From Ruminococcus sp. (lineage in GTDB: Bacteria > Bacillota_I > Bacilli_A > RF39 > UBA660), in the NCBI GenBank assembly GCA_023663235.1, contig JAMPHW010000001.1, positions 1 through 49,391 on the forward strand: DNA of 49,391 bases, in the 5' to 3' direction. Numbering within the stretch: the stretch's first letter is position 1; each line of letters begins with the position of its first letter. Positions 9,830 to 19,858 of the stretch are shown piece after piece. The notes beneath the pieces are model-generated. The model worked only from the letters and a program-made list of their open reading frames with translations, had not been told where the DNA came from and did no database searches. The position numbers and the translations under genes are program-made.

Positions 9830-11206
9830 ATGAAAAAAGAACTAAAAGATTATCAAAATATCCATTTAATAGGTATTGGCGGTGCTAGTATGTATTCTAT
9901 TGCCGCTATGTTAAAAAACGATGGTAAAAATATAACTGGAAGCGATTTAGCATTATCTCAAAATGTAGAATATTTAAAAAATCTAGGTATTAATATTACT
10001 ATTGGTCATAATCCTGACATTGTAAAAAATGCTGATTTAGTTATTTATACTGCTGCGATAAGCGATGATGATATAGAACTTACAACTGCTAAAGAGAATA
10101 ATATTGAATGTGTAGAAAGAGCCGTTTTTTTAGGAATTTATACTAAAGATTACGAAAATCTTATTTGTATAAGCGGAACGCATGGCAAAAGTACTACTAC
10201 CAGTATGGTAGCATCCATCTTTTTAGAAGCCAACCTTAATCCTACTATTCAAGTTGGTGCTCACCTTAAAAAAATTAATGGAAATTATTGTATTGGTGAT
10301 AAAAAATATTTTATTTTAGAAGCTTGTGAATATGTTGATTCTTTTCTTCACTTCCATCCCACTCACGAAATAGTTTTAAATATTGATAATGACCATTTAG
10401 ATTATTTTAAAACAATTGAAAACACCAAAAAATCTTTTCAAAAATATGTAGATTTACTACCAACTAATGGCTATTTAATTAAAAACATAGACGATGATAA
10501 TACAAAGGATTTAAATACCAAAAATACTATTACTTATGGTATTAAAAACAAAGACGCCACACTACAAGCAAGGAATATTACTTATCAAGAATTAGGATTT
10601 CCAACATTTGATGTTTATTTTCATAATGAATATTATGATACCATTAACCTATCTGTTTTAGGTAATCACAACGTTTTAAATTCCCTTGCTGCTATTGCTA
10701 TTTCCCTAATTTATAATATTGATAAAAACTATGTTAAAAATGCATTAAAAGAATTTACTGGAGTCGGACGTCGCTTTGAATATTTAGGAAACTTTAATAA
10801 TATTAGTATATTTGACGATTTTGCTCATCATCCAACTGAAATTATGACGACTTATAATTCTTCTAAGTCTATTAAACATCACGAAACATGGGCCGTTTTC
10901 CAATCACATACTTTTAGTCGAACTCACGAATTGTTAAATGACTTTGCCAATGTCTTATCAAACTTTGATCATATTATTATTTGTGATATCTACCCTGCTC
11001 GCGAAATTGATGAATGGGGTAATTTAGAAGAACAATTAGTTAACTTAATAAATGAAAAAAATAAAAACGTAATTCACATTAAAACATATGAAGAAATAGC
11101 TCTATATTTAAAAGATAGTATTAAAGAAAATGATTTAATTATTACTATTGGAGCAGGACCAATAAATAAAGTAGCTAATATTCTTTTAGAAAAAAATCTT
11201 AAGTAG
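9830..11206 (+). CDS. murC: UDP-N-acetylmuramate--L-alanine ligase
   Basis: IGIGGASM, SGTHGKSTTT, EACEY, GVGRRFE, DDFAHHPTE, FQSHTFSRT. Confidence 0.95.
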   Translation: MKKELKDYQNIHLIGIGGASMYSIAAMLKNDGKNITGSDLALSQNVEYLKNLGINITIGHNPDIVKNADLVIYTAAISDDDIELTTAKENNIECVERAVFLGIYTKDYENLICISGTHGKSTTTSMVASIFLEANLNPTIQVGAHLKKINGNYCIGDKKYFILEACEYVDSFLHFHPTHEIVLNIDNDHLDYFKTIENTKKSFQKYVDLLPTNGYLIKNIDDDNTKDLNTKNTITYGIKNKDATLQARNITYQELGFPTFDVYFHNEYYDTINLSVLGNHNVLNSLAAIAISLIYNIDKNYVKNALKEFTGVGRRFEYLGNFNNISIFDDFAHHPTEIMTTYNSSKSIKHHETWAVFQSHTFSRTHELLNDFANVLSNFDHIIICDIYPAREIDEWGNLEEQLVNLINEKNKNVIHIKTYEEIALYLKDSIKENDLIITIGAGPINKVANILLEKNLK

Positions 11207-11213
11207 CATACAC

Positions 11214-12206
11214 TTAAGATTTTTCTATGACTTTAATTAAATTTTTATATTCTTCTATAACACTTAAAAACTCTTCTTCATTTTTAGCTTGACATATTTT
11301 TGTTTTATATGTTTTAGCCTCAACCATTCCTTTTAAATAGGCTAATGCATGAGTTCTAATTTCAAGTAAAGCTATATGTTCATTTTTATCTTCTTTTAGC
11401 ATTTTATAATGTTCTAAAATCATTTCTAACTTGTCTAAATCGCTTGGCTTAGCAATAATTTCTTTATTATTTAAATATGCTAAACACTCTTTAAATATCC
11501 AAGGATTTCCTAAAGCTCCTCTTCCAATCATTACAGCATCACAACCTGTAGTCTCTAACATCTCTAAACATTTATTGGCATCTGTTACATCACCATTACC
11601 AATTATAGGAATATTAACATTTTCTTTAACTTCTTTTATAACATTCCAATCCGCCTTGCCACTATACCCTTGAGCTCTAGTTCTTGCATGAATGATTATC
11701 GCTGACGCTCCATTTTCTTCAGCAATTTTAGCAACTTCGACCGCATTTATATGTTCATTATCCCAACCACTTCTAATTTTAATGGTAACTGGACAACTAA
11801 CAGAGTCTACTACAGCTTTTACTATTTCTCCTATCTTTTTTGGATTTTTAAGTAATGCACTTCCAGCTTGAGCACGTATCGCTACTTTAGGAACAGGACA
11901 TCCCATATTAATATCAATTATATCGGGACGCATAGTCTCTTCAACAATTTTAGCAGCTTCCACAAAAGTTTTAACATCACTACCAAAAATTTGCTGTGCT
12001 ATTGGTCTTTCCTCTTCACTCATTTTAAGTAAATCAAGTGTTTTGTCATTACCATAAATTAAAGCATTAGAACTCACCATTTCAGCAAAAATTAAACCTA
12101 CTCCCATCTTCTTACATATTTTACGGTAAGATGTATTAGATATACCTGCCATCGGAGCTAGAACTAATTCATTTTTAATTTCTACATTACCTATTTTAAA
12201 ACTCAA
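11214..12206 (-). CDS. dusB: tRNA dihydrouridine synthase
   Basis: LAPMAG, DINMGCPVPK, KIRSGWD, GNGD, MIGRGALGNPW. Confidence 0.95.
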   Translation of the reverse strand: MSFKIGNVEIKNELVLAPMAGISNTSYRKICKKMGVGLIFAEMVSSNALIYGNDKTLDLLKMSEEERPIAQQIFGSDVKTFVEAAKIVEETMRPDIIDINMGCPVPKVAIRAQAGSALLKNPKKIGEIVKAVVDSVSCPVTIKIRSGWDNEHINAVEVAKIAEENGASAIIIHARTRAQGYSGKADWNVIKEVKENVNIPIIGNGDVTDANKCLEMLETTGCDAVMIGRGALGNPWIFKECLAYLNNKEIIAKPSDLDKLEMILEHYKMLKEDKNEHIALLEIRTHALAYLKGMVEAKTYKTKICQAKNEEEFLSVIEEYKNLIKVIEKS

Positions 12207-12235
12207 ATTCCATCACCACTTTAAATTACTAACTT

Positions 12236-12832
12236 TTATCTTCTATTATCTTGTTTTATTATTTCTACTTCATCACCATTTTTTAGTAAAAAAGCATTTG
12301 CATCATCAACATCAATATGAATTTCAAAATAACCGTTTTCACTTACTTTAACTATCGCTTCCATATCTCCGCCTTTATCATTATCCACTCTAAGTTTAAC
12401 TAAATCCTCATGCTTTAACCCTAATTCTTCAGCTTTATATTTATTCATATGAACATGTCTTTCAGCTTGAATACATGCATTATCTAAAGTAACCTCACCT
12501 GTTTTTCCAACAATCGTAATTGCCTCACTATCTTCTAAGTCGCCACTTTCTCGAACAGGAGGATTAAGTCCCAATTTTCTAGCATCACTTCTTGATATCT
12601 CTACTTGATTATAAGGTCTAAAAGGTCCAATAATTCTTACATTTTCTATTGTATCCTTTTCTGTTTTTAAAGTAACTGTTTGAAATGAAGCATATTCTCC
12701 TATTTGATTTAACGGTCTTTTAATAGATAAAGGCTCATCAAATAACTTCTCATATACTTCTTTAGTTAAATGTAAATGATGATTACTAATAGCTACTGTT
12801 CCATATATCTTAACTTGTTCTTTCTTTTTCAT
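12236..12832 (-). CDS. pduL: PduL/EutD-type phosphate acyltransferase
   Basis: SNHHLHL, GPFRPYNQVEISRSD, PPVRESGDL, RHVHM, HIDVDDANA. Confidence 0.85.
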   Translation of the reverse strand: MKKKEQVKIYGTVAISNHHLHLTKEVYEKLFDEPLSIKRPLNQIGEYASFQTVTLKTEKDTIENVRIIGPFRPYNQVEISRSDARKLGLNPPVRESGDLEDSEAITIVGKTGEVTLDNACIQAERHVHMNKYKAEELGLKHEDLVKLRVDNDKGGDMEAIVKVSENGYFEIHIDVDDANAFLLKNGDEVEIIKQDNRR

Positions 12833-12899
12833 TTCTAATTCCTTCCTTTACTTATTTTACCATTATTTATACTAAAAATGAATGAAAATCAAAAAGAAC

Positions 12900-12928
12900 T
12901 TGCTAAAAAATTTATTTTAAGCTACAAT
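12900..12928 (+). promoter_or_regulatory. sigA-type promoter of arginase
   Basis: TTGCTA-N17-TACAAT. Confidence 0.5.
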
Positions 12929-12945
12929 TAAGCATGGTGATTAAT

Positions 12946-13821
12946 TTGAAAACAATATTAATAGGTGCTGCATCAGACTTAGGAGTTAGTGTAGATGGCG
13001 CAAATTTAGGCCCTGAATCTATTATCAGAAATCTTAATAAAGACATTAAAAATATTATAATAAACCAAAATAGTAATTTTAAAAAAAGTTTAGATAAAAA
13101 TGATTTAAAAAAGAATTTAACAGAATTAAATAATTATAACGAAAACCTATATCATAATATTTTAAAATATAATAAAGAATATTTCCCTCTAACTATTGGC
13201 GGTGATCATTCTATTGCTATACCTAGTATTTTAGCAAGTTGTAAAAAAAATGAAAATATTGGCGTTATTTGGGTTGATGCTCATCCAGATTTTAATACTT
13301 TTGAAACTACAATTACAGGAAATATTCATGGTTTACCACTCGCAGCAGTTGCTAACTATCATAACGAAGACTTAACTTTCTATCATAATGGCAGCTTTAT
13401 TAATCCTAAAAATATCGTTATAATTGGAGCTAGAAGCATTGATAAATTAGAGTTAGAAAACTTAAAAGATGCTGGCATAACTTATTTTACTACTAAAGAC
13501 CTAAAAGAAAAAGGATGTCAAGAAATAGTAACTCAAGCCTTAAATATAGCTCTTAAAAATACTAATAAAGTTCATATAAGTTTCGATTTAGATATTATAG
13601 ACCCACTAATTGCTACTGGCGTTTCAGTTCCCGAAGAAAATGGTATAAATTTAAAAGAAGCCTTAACTATCAATGAACTTTTATTAAATAACATAGATAA
13701 CATTGTTTCTTATGATTTAGTTGAATATAATCCCTTAAAAGATAAAAATAATGAAACTTTAAGTATTGCTAGTACTATTTTAAATCAAGTAATAAATAAA
13801 ATAAATGAAAAAGATATCTAA
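12946..13821 (+). CDS. rocF: arginase
   Basis: GGDHS, DAHPDFNT, GNIHG, SFDLDIIDP, VEYNP; probable TTG start at 12946. Confidence 0.85.
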   Translation: MKTILIGAASDLGVSVDGANLGPESIIRNLNKDIKNIIINQNSNFKKSLDKNDLKKNLTELNNYNENLYHNILKYNKEYFPLTIGGDHSIAIPSILASCKKNENIGVIWVDAHPDFNTFETTITGNIHGLPLAAVANYHNEDLTFYHNGSFINPKNIVIIGARSIDKLELENLKDAGITYFTTKDLKEKGCQEIVTQALNIALKNTNKVHISFDLDIIDPLIATGVSVPEENGINLKEALTINELLLNNIDNIVSYDLVEYNPLKDKNNETLSIASTILNQVINKINEKDI

Positions 13822-13837
13822 AAACAGATACCTTTTT
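13808..13837. terminator. bidirectional terminator between convergent genes
   Basis: AAAAGATATCT...AGATACCTTTTT. Confidence 0.5.
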
Positions 13838-14675
13838 AAGTCATATTAAATATATCCAAAACTTCATAACTATTTATTACTTCATACTCTAGTTTATTAT
13901 TATTTATAGTATATACTCTTTCTTCTAATATTCCATATCCATTTTCAGTATAATTTAATTCAGTAATATTTAAAGCCAAATAATATATTTTATTGTCTTC
14001 TACTTTAAAGACTACATTGCAACCTCCGTAAGCATCACTATGCTTATTACAATAATTTTCATTAATATACCATACATTTTTATTTGTATCTAATTTAGTA
14101 ACTACATTAGTATAATAATTAGAAGTGGTAAAAGCTGAATTACTGTTCTCATAAGAATCCTCTATAGCGTCTTTGCTTATTAGTTCTAAATTGTCATTAT
14201 AAACATATACTGTATCATAATTAGTTATTATTAATAAATAATTTTTATTATCTTTTCCCTTAATAATTTTATAGTTTTCTTCATTAAAACTATCTTTTAT
14301 TAAAGTAACTAAATCACCTGTAAAATCACTTTTACATCTATCTAAATAAAGAAAAATATCATTATATTTACCATCAATATTAAACTTACAAAAATCATTA
14401 AAACTATCAGCCGTATAAACTATTTCCATATTCTTAGTTTTACCATTTAATGTTATTTCTAAACTTTCAATAGTATTAACTCCATCCTGTTTTACATCTA
14501 TTAATTTTACACTGTCACTAATAATATTATCATCATCATTTATTACTTCTTGTTTACCTTCTTTATTATCATTATTATTTTTGTTACTCATAACAATATA
14601 AGTTCCGCCAACAGATATTACCGCAACTAATATAATTATAACAACTATATAAATATACTTTTCTACAACGTTCAT
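13836..14675 (-). CDS. hypothetical membrane-anchored surface protein
   Basis: N-terminal TM ending GGTYIVMSNKNN, then an N/D-rich linker. Confidence 0.75.
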   Translation of the reverse strand: MNVVEKYIYIVVIIILVAVISVGGTYIVMSNKNNNDNKEGKQEVINDDDNIISDSVKLIDVKQDGVNTIESLEITLNGKTKNMEIVYTADSFNDFCKFNIDGKYNDIFLYLDRCKSDFTGDLVTLIKDSFNEENYKIIKGKDNKNYLLIITNYDTVYVYNDNLELISKDAIEDSYENSNSAFTTSNYYTNVVTKLDTNKNVWYINENYCNKHSDAYGGCNVVFKVEDNKIYYLALNITELNYTENGYGILEERVYTINNNKLEYEVINSYEVLDIFNMT

Positions 14676-14689
14676 TCTTCTATCTCCTA

Positions 14690-15367
14690 TTAATTATTTT
14701 GATTATATTTTTTATTATAAAACTGATTTAAATAACTTTCAATTTCTCTATTTAAATTATTATCTTTTTCTAAATCATTTAAGTTATTAGACAAATAAAA
14801 TACATTAATAGTTTCTATAAATCTATTTATTATAAAACTATCAGGAATTATATCATATAAAGCTTTTTTAATAACATTAATATCACTTGTAAAATGAAAT
14901 ATTTCTAAAGATTCAAAACCTATAATTTTAGCTAAATCATACATATAATTAACAACTAAACTATATGAATTATCATATAATTCATTAGCCTTCCCAAAAT
15001 ATTTATTATTAAATATAGCATTTATAGCTTCAGAAAAAGCACCATTACTAACTAAATCAGGTTCTTGTAAATGAAATAATTCATGGGTAACGATACAAGT
15101 CGGAATATCTTGTATCTTTTTACCTCCATAAAATATAATATAATTCTCTAAAAAATAATATTCGCCACTTTTTATATTATTTTCTTCATATACAATATAA
15201 ATACTTTCTAATATTTTTAAATATCTAGTTAAATTTATCTTATCATAGTTATCAACAATAGACTTTTCCATCATTTTGAAATACTCTTTTTCTTCATTAT
15301 TTAACTTTGTATTTTTAGATAAAGAAATTTCTAATAACCTATAAATATTTTCTTTTTTAATAGACAT
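14690..15367 (-). CDS. putative zincin metallopeptidase domain protein
   Basis: THELFH (HExxH) with downstream FSEAIN (candidate third-ligand Glu). Confidence 0.6.
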   Translation of the reverse strand: MSIKKENIYRLLEISLSKNTKLNNEEKEYFKMMEKSIVDNYDKINLTRYLKILESIYIVYEENNIKSGEYYFLENYIIFYGGKKIQDIPTCIVTHELFHLQEPDLVSNGAFSEAINAIFNNKYFGKANELYDNSYSLVVNYMYDLAKIIGFESLEIFHFTSDINVIKKALYDIIPDSFIINRFIETINVFYLSNNLNDLEKDNNLNREIESYLNQFYNKKYNQNN

Positions 15368-15370
15368 TTA

Positions 15371-17137
15371 TTATTTTCTACCCATACTATTATCTTCTGG
15401 TGGAAGTAAATTACCATCTTTATCAAATATTCCACTTGTATTTGGTGCAAATAACGGTTGTCCGTCTTCTCCTATTATCCATGTTCCTCCATATGATGGT
15501 ATATTTGTATCTGGTACTGAAAGTATTTTTAGCATCTCATTATTTCCTGCTATTTCGAACATTATATGGTTCCAACCAAATTTTTTGTCTACTTCTTTTA
15601 TTCCTTCTACACCCTCAACATTAATAGTATTATTTTCACTATTATAGTTACAGTTTACATCTTTTGTTTTAGCTCCATATGTAAATTTAATTGTATTTAA
15701 TTTCGTTAAATATCCGTCTAAATCTACTTCTTTATGACATTTTATTATAAAATCTTCATGCCCTACAAACCAAACTCTTTCTTCATCACTTAAATTTTTA
15801 TTAGTTGATAGAGCTTCTACTATTAAATTATGAATATCTTTTGCATCTAATACTACTACTCTATTATTTTCATTTATTCTTTCATCAAATAAATGAGTTG
15901 GGGGGATTAAATGACCATATTGGTCAAATATTCCGTCTGTATTTGATACATCACTAACTACTCCAGTTGTTACGCCGTCTGGTGCGACTGTTGTTAATCC
16001 ATCTGCAATAGGAAGTTTATCTATTAATTTTTGACTTTGTAATAAACTTATTATTATTTGATCTGAACTAAATCTTAATCTTATTTCATTTACATTTTTT
16101 ATTCCCACAAAAGTTATAGTATTATTTTCAGCATCATATTCACATTTTGTATCTTTACCATCCTCATATGTTACTTTAACTGTTTTTATTTTTTCTATAC
16201 ATTCATCTATTTCTATATCCTCTAAATTATTTCCAATATATAAATGGGTACTAATAAATATTACTTTTTCCTCATTACTTAAATTTTCATTACTTTCTAA
16301 AGCCTCTATTATTAAATCTCGTATATCTAAAGCTGTTAAATTCACAACTCTATCAGAAGTAATTCTGCTATCAAATAAATGAGTTGGGGGGATTAAATGG
16401 CCATATTGGTCAAATATTCCGTCTGTATTTGGTACATCACTAACTACTCCAGTTGTTACACCGTCTGGTGCAATTGTTGTTAAATTTTCTGTACTATTAG
16501 GTATGAATGCTGGCTGACCGTCTTCTCCAACTATCCATGTTCCAGCACCTTCGGGAATATTCGTTGTAGGACTTTCATGACTATCAATTACTCCAGTTGT
16601 TATGCCGTCTGGAATTATAACTTCTAAATCCTCATTTTTAATATCATTTAAGACAAGTTCTTGTGCAAAAGCATCTTGTATATCATAAATAGATATAACA
16701 TCTTTATCTATATCTTTAGCAGATGCTTTTAATGTTAAACATAAACCTACAGATAATAAAACAGTTGTAACTCTAGAACCTATTTTTACAAATCTTTTAT
16801 AAAATTCACTATTTTTATTTACTGATGCAAATGCTGCATATTCATTTTGATTATTAAATGTCTTATTAAATTCTACTAAAAATTCCTTATTAAATGGTTT
16901 AAAAGTATATATATTAGTTTCATCATCTTTATATATTTGATAATTTTTACCTCTATATTTCATTTCTGTTACTAAGGTTTCATTTTTAGGTATAAGTCCA
17001 TTAATAACAGAATTAAATACCTTTCTATCTTCTAAAGTTAAATCTAAGCCACCATTAACTTTAAATTTTATTTTTCCTTCTTCTTTTACTATCAAGTATT
17101 CTTTATTATCATAATTAAATTGCATTAAATTTTCCAT
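15371..17137 (-). CDS. hypothetical internal-repeat protein
   Basis: Two ~162-aa units plus DG(V/I)TTGV and GTWI.GEDGQP repeats; AGGAG before MENLMQ. Confidence 0.75.
   Translation of the reverse strand: MENLMQFNYDNKEYLIVKEEGKIKFKVNGGLDLTLEDRKVFNSVINGLIPKNETLVTEMKYRGKNYQIYKDDETNIYTFKPFNKEFLVEFNKTFNNQNEYAAFASVNKNSEFYKRFVKIGSRVTTVLLSVGLCLTLKASAKDIDKDVISIYDIQDAFAQELVLNDIKNEDLEVIIPDGITTGVIDSHESPTTNIPEGAGTWIVGEDGQPAFIPNSTENLTTIAPDGVTTGVVSDVPNTDGIFDQYGHLIPPTHLFDSRITSDRVVNLTALDIRDLIIEALESNENLSNEEKVIFISTHLYIGNNLEDIEIDECIEKIKTVKVTYEDGKDTKCEYDAENNTITFVGIKNVNEIRLRFSSDQIIISLLQSQKLIDKLPIADGLTTVAPDGVTTGVVSDVSNTDGIFDQYGHLIPPTHLFDERINENNRVVVLDAKDIHNLIVEALSTNKNLSDEERVWFVGHEDFIIKCHKEVDLDGYLTKLNTIKFTYGAKTKDVNCNYNSENNTINVEGVEGIKEVDKKFGWNHIMFEIAGNNEMLKILSVPDTNIPSYGGTWIIGEDGQPLFAPNTSGIFDKDGNLLPPEDNSMGRK
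15884..15997. repeat. 114-bp direct repeat, copy 1
   Basis: 5 mismatches versus 16370-16483 (offset 486 bp). Confidence 0.95.
16370..16483. repeat. 114-bp direct repeat, copy 2
   Basis: Matches 15884-15997. Confidence 0.95.
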
Positions 17138-17228
17138 TTCATTTCTCCTATCTTTATACAATTTTTTATTAACTATTAACACTAATAACCCTAAATATTC
17201 TAGTTCATTAAATATTTTTTAACTATTT

Positions 17229-18070
17229 CTACACAACCTCCGTTGAATACCAATAATATCCTGTATCATTTTTCTTAAACACATGTTTGTATTTAGTAAA
17301 TTCTGTTTTATGATTTTTAAAATAATTTTTAGCACACACATCAACATCTACACTATTACTACATATTGTTGTTATATTTGTTTCTTCTTTTGTATAACAG
17401 TCTCTTATAGCCAAATCCATTGGAACTCCACCACTATCATAGTATGCCGCATATTCATATATAATTAAATCTTCATTTATAAAAGTATAGCCATCATTAA
17501 AGCTTAATTTCTCATAATAGTTTGGAGAACAATATGTGACTTGTATTTTATCATTTCAATACCGCTACATATTCCATTAATCGTGTAATCGAAATAGCCC
17601 AAACTTCCACTAGTAATTATGATATCTTTGTTATATATTTCTTTTATTTTTTTATTTATATCAGAAATATTAACATAAACAGGATCTAAAGTATTTAGTA
17701 CATTCAATAACTTTTCTTCACCATTTACAAAGTTATATATAGCCATAGTGATTAAAGTTCTATCATTTAAATCATTCGAAGTTGCTTTATTAATATTATA
17801 AGCTCCCACTATATCTGAGTATTGAATGCCTGTTGGAACATAGCCCAAATATTTATTTAACTCTTCTTCACTTAAAGTAATTTTTTCTTTACTTTCTTCC
17901 TTATTGTTAATATCATTTTTATTATCATTAACTTTATTATCTACATTATTAACCTTATCATTTATATTAGTATTACTATTATTTTTATTACTCATAACAA
18001 TATAAGTTCCACCTATTGCTATAACTACTAATAATACTACTATTATTACATAAGGTATATATTTTTTCAT
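17229..18070 (-). pseudogene. frameshifted membrane-anchored surface protein
   Basis: Downstream frame is open from 17555 to 17229 (NDKIQVTYCSP...GYYWYSTEVV) and overlaps the 188-aa ORF; one extra A near 17556 (GAA AAT GAT) would fuse them. Confidence 0.7.
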
Positions 18071-18200
18071 ATAAACTTCTCCTCTTTTTCTAGCACTATT
18101 TTATCATATATTTTTATATTAAGCAAATTTACAATTATACAATATTATTGACTATACGTTTTATTTACAACAAATATTCACAAAGATAATAATTAAAAAC

Positions 18201-18231
18201 AAAAAGATAGAATTAATTAAATTCTACCTTT
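18201..18231 (-). terminator. terminator after the second murE
   Basis: AAAAGATAGAAT...ATTCTACCTTTT hairpin. Confidence 0.45.
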
Positions 18232-18254
18232 TATTTTACCTAAAATAATGTAAA

Positions 18255-19784
18255 TTAAACATTAACCTCTTCTATATCCTTATCATATTCTCCTATCGCC
18301 TGCATTACATAATCTGTATCTGTAAGAATTGGTACATATTCCTTACCAATTTTTTGATAAGTTTCATTTCCTTTACCAGTTATTAAAATAACACTATCTA
18401 AATTTTCTTTAATTGCAGTTTTTATAGCCAATTCCCTATCATTAATTATTCTGTACTCGCCTTTATTCTTTTTTACATAAATAGCTATTTCTTCACTAAT
18501 CTTTTGAACATCCTCCATTGCTGGATCTTCTGCTGTTAAATAAGTAATATCACTATATTTTCCCGATAATAATCCTAAATCTTTTCTTCTGTTTTGTGCA
18601 TGCCCACCAGGACAACCAAATACAGTTATAATCTTTTTGTTAGGATATTCTTTAATTATAGAAGTATATAATCTTTCAAAACTCAAAGTATTGTGAGCAT
18701 AATCAACTATAGCAATTATCCTTTTGTCTTTAGTTGCATGATATTCCATTCTACCACTTGCTTTTGCTATTTTTAATCCATCATAAATGTTTTTAAATGG
18801 TACATCTAAAGATATAGCTATAGCAATCGCTGCCAAAGCATTTTCTACATTAAATAATCCTGGCATACTAAGTTCTATTTTCTCATCAAAATTCTTAGTT
18901 TTTACTCTAAAATTAATTGTTGTATCACTTGTCTTTTTAATATCATAAGCATATAAATCTGCACTTTTATCTTTTGTACTAAAAGTTAAAGTATCTACAC
19001 CTTTAGCATTTTCTAATATTTCTTCAATATGTTCTGTATCTAAATTAATAACCGCCTTCTTTACTTGTTTAAATATTTTTAACTTTGAATCAAAGTAATC
19101 TCTAAAATCAGGATGTTCAATATCACTTATATGATCAACATCAATATTTAGGAAGGCTCCAACATCATAAGTAATACCATATACTCTATCTAATTTTAAA
19201 CCTTGCGAACTAACTTCCATCACTAAGTTTTTTAAATTATGATTAACAGCATTTCTAATATGTCTTTGTAAATCAATTGATTCTGGATTAGTCATCGTTG
19301 CTTCTTTAGTCTCTAACCCATCATATGTGTCAACAGAAGACATAATCGCTGTATCTGTTCCATCAATTTCTTTATAGTAGTTGTCTAATATACTTTTAAC
19401 ATAATAAGCGGTTGTCGTCTTACCCTTTGTCCCTGTTATTCCAATCATTTTTATCCTATTAGCTGGATAATCATTATAAAGAATTGAAACTAAAGCTAAA
19501 GCCGCTCTTACATCTTTAACAATAATTCTTGGAAATTCACTATCTTGTTTATTTTCATCTTCACTTATATAGCATATAGCCCCACTATCTATCGCTTCTT
19601 CTAAGTATTCTTTTTTATATTTTAAACCTTTGCATATATATAAAGTCTTATCTTTTACTTCTTTAGAATTATGCGATAAATATAAAATATCTTCATTTAA
19701 CAATTCTTCACTTATATTATAATCTATTACTAAATTATCTTTATTTAATATATCTAAATAATCTTTAAGTTTATATAATTTCAT
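18255..19784 (-). CDS. murE: MurE ligase, non-DAP-type motif (EDPA)
   Basis: GITGTKGKTT, MEVSSQG, SGRME, VDYAHN, FGCPGG, TAEDPAME, ITGKGNE. Confidence 0.9.
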   Translation of the reverse strand: MKLYKLKDYLDILNKDNLVIDYNISEELLNEDILYLSHNSKEVKDKTLYICKGLKYKKEYLEEAIDSGAICYISEDENKQDSEFPRIIVKDVRAALALVSILYNDYPANRIKMIGITGTKGKTTTAYYVKSILDNYYKEIDGTDTAIMSSVDTYDGLETKEATMTNPESIDLQRHIRNAVNHNLKNLVMEVSSQGLKLDRVYGITYDVGAFLNIDVDHISDIEHPDFRDYFDSKLKIFKQVKKAVINLDTEHIEEILENAKGVDTLTFSTKDKSADLYAYDIKKTSDTTINFRVKTKNFDEKIELSMPGLFNVENALAAIAIAISLDVPFKNIYDGLKIAKASGRMEYHATKDKRIIAIVDYAHNTLSFERLYTSIIKEYPNKKIITVFGCPGGHAQNRRKDLGLLSGKYSDITYLTAEDPAMEDVQKISEEIAIYVKKNKGEYRIINDRELAIKTAIKENLDSVILITGKGNETYQKIGKEYVPILTDTDYVMQAIGEYDKDIEEVNV

Positions 19785-19814
19785 TTTAAACCTCCATGTA
19801 ATTTTCTAAATTCT

Positions 19815-19843
19815 ATTATACTAGACTAATAAAGACAAGTCAA
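19815..19843 (-). promoter_or_regulatory. sigA promoter of the EDPA-type murE
   Basis: TTGACT-N17-TATAAT on the minus strand, followed by a GGAGG RBS. Confidence 0.75.
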
Positions 19844-19858
19844 AACCAAATTAAGGAT

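Noticed and set aside
15884-16483. Repeats as a CRISPR array, or their G6 tracts as phase-variation sites
   Set aside because: Only two long in-frame coding copies with no spacers or cas genes; 6-nt tracts are short and in frame.
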